Shown: positions 54,995 through 64,000 of the stretch, piece after piece
Layout: every line of letters starts with the position of its first letter
Numbering within the stretch: position 1 is the stretch's first letter
Assembly: GCA_028534125.1 (NCBI GenBank)
Contig: CM052816.1
Coordinates: forward strand, 36,954,001-37,018,000
Length of the DNA stretch: 64,000 nucleotides
Direction: 5' to 3'
Source of the DNA: Lama glama
Taxonomy: Eukaryota
Notes under the pieces: model-generated
Told to the model about the DNA's origin: nothing
Databases searched by the model: none
What the model saw: only the letters and a program-made list of their open reading frames with translations
Made by a program: the position numbers and the translations under genes

Positions 54995-55758
54995 GAATGT
55001 GTGAAACCATAAAACTCCTACAAGAGAACCTAGGCAAAACATTCTCAGACATAAATGGTAGAAATATCTTTTTAGATCAGTCTTCCAAGGCAAAAGAAAT
55101 AAAAGCAAAAATAAACAAACAGAACCTAATCAAACTTAAAAGCTTTTGCACAACAAAGGAAATCATCAACAAAATGTAAAGAAAACTTACAGAATGGGAG
55201 AAAATATTTGCCAACAGTAAAACAAACAAAGGATTGATAATCAAAACAAACAGCTCATACAACTCAATAACAAAAAAAGCAAACAACCCAATCAAAAAAT
55301 GAGCAGAAGACCTAAACAGACATGTCTGCAAAGAAGATATACAGATGTCCAATAGGCACATTAAAAAAAATGCTCAACATTGCTAATTATTAGAGAAATG
55401 TTAATCAAACCCACAATTAGGTATCACCCCGTTCCAGTCATAATGACCATGATCAGAAGTCTACAAATAATAAATGCTGGAGAGGGTGTGGAAAAAAGGG
55501 AACCCTCATACACTGTTGATGGGGATATAAATTGGAGCAGATTATATGGAAAACAGTATAGTGGTTCATTAAAAAACTAAAAAAAATAGAGTTACCACAT
55601 GATCCAGCAATCCCACTCTTTGGCATATATCTGGAAAATATAAAAACTCTAATTCAAAAGGATACATGCACCCCAATGTTCATAGCAGCACTATTTACAA
55701 TCATCAAGACTTGAAAACAACTCAAGTGCCCCTTAACAGAAGATTGATTTAAGAAGAT

Positions 55759-55808
<50 letters not shown>

Positions 55809-56288
55809 ATAACTCAATCATATGTAATGGAATATTATGGAACCATAAAAATGATGAAATATTACCATTTGTAGCAATATGGACTGACCTAGGTGATACC
55901 ATAATAAGTGAATTAGGCAGAGAAAGACAAATATCATATGATACCACTAATGTGTGATATCTAAAAAATAATACAAGTGATTCTATATACAAAACAGTAA
56001 CAAACTCACAGACATAGAAAACAAACTAATGGTTACCAACAGGAAAAGGAAGAAGGGTGGGAAAATTAAGAGTATGGGATTAACAAATACAAACAACTAT
56101 ACATAAAATAGATGAGCAACAAAGATTGACTGTATAACACAGGGAACTGTACTTAATATCTTGTGATAGCTTATAATGGAAAATAATCAGAAAAAATGTA
56201 AATATATAACCAAAGCACTTCACTGTATGTCTTAAACTAGCACAACATTGTAAATCAGCTATACTTCAATGAATAAATAAGTAAATAA
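54995..56288 (+). mobile_element. 5'-truncated LINE-1 (ORF2 C-terminal part plus 3' UTR)
   Basis: ORF 'ETIKLLQENLGKTFSDI...LIKLKSFCTTKE'. The 3' UTR ends 'aaatcagctatacttcaatgaataaataagtaaataa'. Confidence 0.95.
55762..55802. repeat. (AT)n microsatellite in L1
   Basis: Perfect AT run, seen directly. Confidence 0.98.
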
Positions 56289-56818
56289 TGCCATTACATT
56301 GAAGCTAAGCTCTTGGGAAAAATGAATTATATATCCTCAGCAACAGACATAGGATTTATTCATAACAAGTCTCTCAACATATTTGAATTGACTTTTGAAT
56401 TTATTAAAACACTTCTTAGAAATTAACAAAGGCATTTCCCCCCAAATCCCAATAACCCATTAAGTAAAACTTTTGAATAAGATAGCATTCATAAAAGTAA
56501 TCTATTTGGTTCTATAAACAAACTAAATGTAATCTAAAAAGTTAAGTTCCAGAGCATTAGAACAGTAAAGCAATTTATTATTTGAATTGGATGTTCAAGT
56601 CCATATTGTCTTTTATTTCTTAGTTTTCTTTCTTTATGTGGTTGGATAGAAACTTAATATATTTTGGATAATATTACTTTCATGATGCTGGAGGCAATTT
56701 TTGCAATGTCCCCTCTGTCCTACTGGAAGCAGTGGCCTTCATTTCAAATTGACAGTCAAACTCATCAAACGCAATAGGCTTCAACCAGCTCAAGTGTACT
56801 TAGAATTAAGAAATTGTG

Positions 56819-57665
56819 CAGTTCAAGAAAGAAAAGAGCATTATCTTAATAGCATAAATATCTTGTTACTTCCAGGCACAGCTTCTTGTGTCCCTATCAT
56901 GTTGAATCGGGACATGTCACAAGAAGGAGGTTGACTGGGTGTGTACCATCTCTTACCAGTGAAGCCATTAGCTTGGGGTTCTTTCAGCTGTCTTCGCTAG
57001 TTGATCATGCAGCCTCTAATATGCTAGCTCCCAATAGCCAGTGCAGCTGCACCTTTTTCATACAGGTCACTCATTTCATAATGAACAGTATCTACAGTTA
57101 AGTACAGGTGCTTGGTCCTATACATAACTTGGTGGGTGTTCCATTCATTTGGATCTGGTGAATTCCTATCACTCATGAAAGTTAATGTTACAGGAAAAAT
57201 TAATAAAAGTTAACATCCATCCAAAGATGCCCCTGAGGCCACAGCAAAGACCTCAAACCAGTTGCTAATCCTTTCTTTACAGTTATGTACTGTGGAAAAT
57301 ATGCTATAGTGTCCAGTAAGATTTGAAAGAATTAAAATAAATTATTTATTTATATTCAGGGTGAGTTTATAAAGATTTCAAAGTTTGACAAAGTAAAGTT
57401 TTCATTTGTTTTATCTAAAATTAAAGTGATAAAATTGAAATTCTGGAAAATGTTGCTGTGTTTAATATTATGTAATAACATATTGTAAAAATTGATTACT
57501 TTTTATATCAGATAATTCAATTTTTAAAGAATATTCTGGTGCACACTTTCTCAATCTCTCTTGTAACATGTCCCAGTTCAGCATGATAGGGACACCAGCA
57601 GCTGTGCCTGGAAGCCATGAGCTATTTATTATATTAATACACATGCTATTTTGCTTCCTGACCTG
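56819..57665. repeat. Long inverted repeat pair (arms ~56819-56948 and ~57537-57665)
   Basis: Core 56869-56924 versus the reverse complement of 57559-57614 is 50/56 identical by hand alignment. Weaker similarity extends on both sides. Confidence 0.93.
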
Positions 57666-60600
57666 AATATCATGTATCTTATTTATAAAAAATAATTTAA
57701 TTATATACATAAGGAAATTATTAAAAAGAAATAAATGCGAGTAATATCATAAATGAGCATTTTTCTCAAATATTTGCAGAAAACTTGGTCCCTTCATTAC
57801 TTTCAAAATGGACATTCATCTGAGAGTGCTCATTTTAGTAACTTTATTTGATGAATTTCTTATTTGTTCATATTGATGATATATTTCAGGGCTACCACTG
57901 TTACTGCTTCAGAGAGCAAGTCCATTTTTTAAATTAAAAAAGTCAGCTTTGTGTGTTAAATCATATTTTACACTTTTTTCCAAAATGTATAATATTCCAT
58001 TATCAGAATGAAACAACTTCATTTGATTTATGTTAGCTTGATAGGAAGGACCTTGTTTTTTACTCTCACTTAAACATATTTATAAGAAAAATAAAAAACT
58101 TGTTTCATTTTAATAAATTCAGGAAGACTCTGAAATTTCTAGATATAGGTTACTATGCTGATAGAAGAATATAGAAATTTTGGAATTCTATTGATCACTA
58201 AGTTGTAGCCTTGGCATTTACTGATGAAAGATTCAGGTCAGAAAAAGAGTCATATTCACAAATTCAGGCCTGTGATAAACACGTTTTTCTACTGAACAAA
58301 GAGTAGAGGGCACTTTACATCCTACTTTCACACACAAAAGTCTCTAGTGCTGCTAACTCTCTTGTATTACAGCACAAAACTGGAAGAGTTTAGTAGCTGG
58401 AAACCATGGTTCTCATTAGTTTGTTGAATTTCTTCTATTCAGGATTACAAATCAACAATGAGACGGCATGTAACTGTTCCACTGACATGTTTTTGTACAT
58501 AGTATCATATCAAGCAGGAACAAAACCATAGATATAAACCCATAAAGAAAATAAGACATTGGATTTTAGCAGATCTACATCTAATTTAGTCTACTGTAAA
58601 TTAAAATCAATTAGTTATTTAAGGTGTAAATAAAGAATAACTTATTCTAATGTTTTAATCACAGAATATGCTATAAATATAAATAAAGTGATCAGATTAC
58701 AGAACCTATGGAATTGATCAGAATATGCTACCATAAGGCATATCAACATCCCAGCTTTTTGGATGGGCGAGGCAACAACTATACAATCATATATAATGGC
58801 TTCCAGAAAAAAACCCCTGTAAATCACAAAACTTATAATTATTAAAAGGCAGATTAGAATATTTGGTATTATTATTGTTAATTGTATTATTTGTAAGAAT
58901 TACATGACTGAAATTTCTAGACTTTATAAATTTGAATATTTTAGAGAATAAACAAAGGCACAAGTGAATTTTGCATCAATCCAAAAGTTGTTACGATAAA
59001 TTATTAAAGTTAATTCTTATTACCAAAACTCCAATCTAAAAAAAAAAATCAAAATAGTAATTTAAGGCTGTATTTACCTTCCGTAAAGTTATTTAATTTT
59101 CACAAATGCAGAGTGAATTTAATAAATTATTCTAGGAAATTTATATTAAAATCACTTTAAGATCTGATAATCTGTTGAACAGATTAATCAGTAACCATAT
59201 ACCATTTTTTTTCCTAGTAAAATCACGAAGCATTTCAACATGGTAAAAGTAGTTCAATACTGGAGTTTATGAGTATGTTTATCTGATTTTATCTTCTTAC
59301 TACCCACAATGGTCTAGTTATGATATTTATTTAAATATTAGAACTTCTCACTTGGATCAGCTGATTATAGTAAGATTGAGTACTTGGTATTTGACATTAA
59401 ATAGCCAATCCATTTTATTATAAAGATTCTGCCTTAGGTTCCCCTTATAGCTATTAAAATTTAACTTGTCTTGTAATTTAGGCAATGAGGTATCTGTTTA
59501 ATCAGTTCTAATATTTTAAGTGACTATGTTTGACAAGCAGTACTTTTCAGCTTTCAATTAGTCCCTAATGTAGACAGCCAGATCTGATAATTCTAAGTGT
59601 TTCTGTTTTTTTTTTAACCTGAATTATCTGGTTTGGTTTACTACATTGGCTGAGTTAATTGAAAAGCTGCCAAATATCCACTTCATGCTGTGCTGTGCAG
59701 ACAGAGCAATAACATATTTGATATACCAAATGATTTCATGGATAAATATGATGAAGACAAGACATGTTATTGCTGTATTTATCTTCAGCCCTTGAAGCAA
59801 AACCTGGCCTCACAAATCTGGTCTCTTATTTTGGTTACCATTGTGGTCATTTCCATTTGCCAAGCCCTAACCAATGAGCTAACAATTTGTAATAATCAAC
59901 CTGGTCAATAGTTCATACATTTTTAAAGGATAATTTAGAGATGTTGCCATTTTAGAAATGTATACCTGACTATTTAGAATCATTTGTTTGTTTATCTGAT
60001 ATATTTCCTACTTTGGAGCCTTAAATTTGGTGATTAGATGATCCTTTCAGATTATTTATGTTTCTTTAGATACTTCCTTTAAAATGTTATTTTTATCACA
60101 TATATTTCAATTGCTAGTACAGGTACTATTTGCTGCTCAGAATTTTTAAAATGCATATTACATAATAATTTTGCTTTCTTTGCTTCCAGAAGAAATAGAG
60201 TTGCCTTTGTTTCCCTTACTGATCTTTGTTATGAAGCTCCTTTATGTCTAATATAAATGTATTGGCATTTAGAAACTATAAACTTGCTTTTCTTTTTTGG
60301 TTAAATGGTATATGTCATCATAACAAATTGTTGATAAATACCGGATCAAGGTTGTTGGGAGGACCCTAGTTTTCATAATTTTGTAATACTGACTCTTGTT
60401 TTCATAGAATTTTCAGAGGAAACACCTACAGCTAAATTTTGTCATTTATTTTCTTAAAATAAAACATAGTTTTGCATTCCTATGAAGGAGGCTGGAAAAT
60501 TGAATCTTACAAATGTTGCAGGGGCTCTTTTCCCACTTGATGAGATTATGTGTGAATTCTGAGCGATATGGAGTGCCCCCTGATTCCTGTTCCATAGTAC

Positions 60601-60937
60601 TCAGTGACTTTATCTAAAGCCCTGCAAAAGTCAGTGCATAGGAATGTTTAAAGGACATTACATTACACATTTGAACAATGGGAACTCTGAGATGTATTTG
60701 TGTAGAGCAATTTCCAGGAAGACAAGACTGCCATCTAGTCAAGTAGACAGTAATTTAAGGCATGATTTTAAAGATACTACTATAGAAGAAGTTTCTATTC
60801 TGCACAGTAAATACTAGTTTCATAACAAAAATTTAGTATGCTTTCAAAGTTAACTGTTTTATATTTAATACCTCTTTTGATTATCCCAAGGTATTTAATC
60901 AATATTAGGCATATCAAATCAATTTATTTATCAAAGT

Positions 60938-61287
60938 CAGGAGCTGGCAAATGATGTTTTGTGAGCCAAATTAGACCCACCACCTGTGTTTGTACACCCC
61001 CTACTCTGAGAATGTTTTTTATCTTTGAAAAAAGTCAGAAGAGGAATATTATTTCATACTGTGTAAAATTACATGAAATTCAAACTTAGTGTCCATAAAT
61101 AGAATTTTATTGGACACAGCCACTTACTTGCTTACATACTCTTTATGTAAACATAAAAAATTACAGCATCATAAAGAGGTGGTTCTAATGCTGTATCAGC
61201 AGAATAGTTGGACTAGAGAATGTATAGTCTCTAAAGCTCAATGGATTTACAGTTTGACGCTTTATAGAAAAGATACGCAGACCCCTC
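60938..61287 (+). mobile_element. MER58B-like hAT MITE
   Basis: 'caggagctggcaaa...gagccaaattagacccaccacctgtgtttgta', 'atgaaattcaaacttagtgtccataaatagaattttattggacacagccac', ending 'tttatagaaaagatacgcagacccct'. Length ~350 bp. Confidence 0.88.
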
Positions 61288-61689
61288 ATGAAAACTAAAG
61301 ACAGATTGGTTAGTAAACTGTTTCCCTCTTTTTGAGGAGGAAACATTTCTCTTTTTTTATCCCAAACTCTGACTTGCTCTTCATTATTTACGTGTCATTG
61401 TTAGCCCTCTAATTTTTTTGCCTGCCAATTCATCAACAAATATCCAGATATTTGCAGTGAATTATAAAATGTAAATTCCTTTTCCTAACGTTTGAGTTTA
61501 TCCTTGATCTGTTTTAAAAACTTCTACATCATTTCATGTATATTATTGATTACCTTTAAGACCTATAACTGTTTTTATAAGTAATCATACATATTTATAT
61601 TCAATATCATTAAGAAAATATTTTATGTATTTGTATATATGTCTATATTTATTATTTACTGATTTTTTTGATTTCATTCCATTCTCTGA

Positions 61690-62301
61690 TATTCCTTCCA
61701 TTGCTATCAATAGAATACATCTTTGCGAAGTGTGTCTGCTTTTTTTTGTTGGTGTAAGTTTGCATATCTGAGAATGACTTTCTGTTACTATCACAAGTAA
61801 ATGTCACTTTGAACTGCAAAATATTTTTTGGATCATACACTTCATTTTTAAGACTATACTCTGTGTTGTCTTAGGTTGATAAAGTTAATAAATTTGAGAC
61901 AACCTAGGTTTTTGAAGCCAACATGCTTTATTCCCAAAAGTTTGGATGATTCTTTATTTATTATTTATAAATATAATAGAACAGACTTTGGTAATAGTTT
62001 CTCTTTGTCCCTTTTACATGGGATAAATGGTGATTTCTTACATGCTGATTTCTAGTCATTTTGTTTAAATTTTTATGAAGCATTGTTAATTTTATCTATA
62101 TTAGTTTTCTTCAGTTTGTTCTATCTTCTAGCTCCATGACAAAATGACTTTAATGTTGAGCCACTATGTTCTATACTCCTTGCCTGCTATCATTTCTCCC
62201 AATCTATTTACCATCGTATTCATTTTATTTCTGTGTATTTCTCATTCTGTGTGTGTGTGTGTGTGTGTGTGGGTGTATGTGTGTGTGTGTGTATATATAT
62301 T

Positions 62302-62355
<54 letters not shown>

Positions 62356-63100
62356 CATTAAGTATATGTGTTCCGTCAGGTGATTATTTTCATACTGATT
62401 CTTCCAGTTAACACTTCCAGTGTTACTTTGAATTGTACCATGGTTAGGATTTAATTCATTATATCCTAGTTTCATAGATTCAACACATTTTCTTTTAATC
62501 TCCTTGAGAAGAGAAAAAAGTAATTTTGTATACTGTATGTACATTTCCTGTGAAAGATCTATATTTGAAAGAACTTGGAGTAACACAATATACAGAGATA
62601 CTTTATTCTTCAGTAACTGTGAAACATTTCAAAGTGTAAGTGTATCATTTCAATGTTTATATTTTTAAATAGCCTCTTTCCTACTACATATTGTCCTGGG
62701 AACTCATGGCTATGACTTCCTGTGCTGCATTTGCTTTCCATCTTCCATAAATTTCCTCCATGAATGCTTTCTGTGATTTGTACATTTGTTTCCTCCATAC
62801 ATGACTTGAAATTCTATATTTACTAATGATTTCCCTCTACTTCTCATCATTCTTTAAGGTTTTCTGTTTCCTATTTTCTTTTCTAATATTTTCCTGGGAT
62901 ACCATGAGGGAAAAATGAACAAATTAATGTAGATAATTTCCTATAATGCTCAGAAGTTTTAATAGTTCTCTGTGTCATTATAGTTATTTAACTTTAGTGT
63001 CTAATATAGGTGCATCTATTTTCTGACATATTTTTCTCATACTTGATTTGCTAGTCATTAATATCAAAATACTCGTAATTCTCAAAAAATAACTATTTTA
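61690..63100 (-). mobile_element. Very old L1 (L1M/L1ME) ORF1-region fragments
   Basis: T-rich antisense L1-like tracts such as 'tttgcatatctgagaatgactttctg' and 'aaaatattttttggatcatacac'. Heavily diverged, boundaries uncertain. Confidence 0.5.
62248..62355. repeat. Compound (TG)n-(TA)n-(TAGA)n microsatellite
   Basis: Seen directly. Confidence 0.97.
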
Positions 63101-63614
63101 ATGCTTGAAAATGATATATGGTGGGGAAAGACAGCTGTTCATGGTACTGAAGTCCCTTCTCCAGGCTGATACATTTCTGGGGCTAAACTCTGGTGATCTG
63201 GAATGTCTTTCCACCAACCTACATCCACTATGTTCCTGTTCATCACTTAGCTTGGAGGCCAAAACCAGTCCTTGATGGAAGAATTTTCTCAGTAGGAACC
63301 AGCTGCATACCTTTAATATGCTCTTATTTGAAGGTGGTGCTGTTTCTCGAAAGCTTGTCCCATCTACTTTGTTCTGAATTAGTCACCCATTATGGTGCCA
63401 GTGTTAGGGAAGTGATTCAGATCAATTGATATTTTCTCTTAGGATGACTTATTAAAATAGTAAATGCTGGCAGATGATGGTTTCATTTCTGATTTTCATA
63501 AGAAAATAGACCCTGGGGGTGCTAGCATTTTAACTTTTCGCTATTGTTCCATAAGTTCTAGTAAACCTATTTTTCTTTTCTTTTCCTATTTCATTACTTT
63601 ATAATTATAGCTGA

Positions 63615-63756
63615 TTTTTATTGGGGAGAATACTTTTATGTCAGATATTGTGCTAAGTTCTTTACATATATTATTTCATACAATCTCATAAAAACCTATG
63701 CTATTATCAATGTATTATTTTAAAGAGAGGGAACTAAATCTCTTAGAATTTATATA
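63615..63756 (-). mobile_element. MIR fragment
   Basis: 'tttattggggagaatacttttatgtcagatattgtgctaagttctttacatatattatttcatacaatctcataaaaacctatg'. Confidence 0.8.
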
Positions 63757-64000
63757 GTTACCCCAAAAAGTATAGTCCTTGATTCTTCTCATACCCAAAA
63801 GACAAGTTTACAGTCATAAGACGGTGTGTGGTGTGGTGAAAGATTTAAAAGATTTGAAAAAAAGGAAAAGTACACCCTCAAGAACCAGAGGCAGGCTGAT
63901 CTAAGGGAGGAAAAGCGGGGGTTTTTGTCTCCCCTTTCTCTTACACCCTGGCTCAGAGGTGGTCTCTTGATTGATTGACGGCTTTATTCCTGGAGTGCTT
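63757..64000 (-). mobile_element. Probable ERV LTR, running off the window end
   Basis: Abrupt GC/CpG rise that truncates the MIR. 'gttacc...tccttgattc...gaaagattta...aaagtacaccctcaag...ggcaggctg' resembles an antisense ERV1 LTR U5/R layout. Confidence 0.5.

Noticed and set aside
54930..56330. TSD or transduction around the 55-kb L1
   Set aside because: Only short, ambiguous AT-rich matches between the flanks, so no defensible TSD.
56701..57710. Two similar ORFs on opposite strands (LPGTA..VPIMLN.DM.QE) as paralogous peptides
   Set aside because: The similarity comes from the DNA inverted repeat. The ORFs share nothing convincing outside the arms, and the + strand ORF starts at a non-ATG codon.
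563..63429. Short ORFs (60-149 aa) as host protein-coding genes
   Set aside because: Those with recognisable sequence are L1 ORF1/ORF2 fragments or their antisense frames. The rest are low-complexity, often start at non-ATG codons, show no domain I recognise and form no exon chain.

Overview
This window is AT-rich, CpG-depleted mammalian (eutherian) genomic DNA, either intergenic or inside a very large intron. I can support no intact protein-coding gene, RNA gene or CRISPR array. The long ORFs in the track are decayed LINE-1 ORF1/ORF2 fragments, their antisense shadows, or microsatellite artefacts. The window holds four lineage-specific L1 copies (three with large internal deletions), older L1M, L2 and MIR fragments, ERVL/MaLR/ERV1-type solo LTRs, and several DNA transposon fossils (Charlie1a with a nested MER96B, MER45, MER58B, MER5A, a Tigger2-type MITE and a MADE2-like mariner MITE). 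The L1 3' ends look cetartiodactyl. I recognised no Alu, B1, CAN, Bov-A/tA, PRE1 or CHR SINEs, which points tentatively to a camelid. The features least explained by ordinary repeats are: (1) a ~130-bp inverted repeat pair (56819-56948 / 57537-57665) enclosing a possible 33-nt micro-exon; (2) a ~125-bp local sequence copied into the 3' UTR of an L1 about 1.6 kb away; (3) a probable L1 3' transduction carrying a MIR-like fragment; and (4) a CpG-retaining hairpin at 33339-33413. I found no clear novel multi-gene system. Repeat family names come from recalled consensus sequences, not from a database search, and boundaries of old repeats are approximate.
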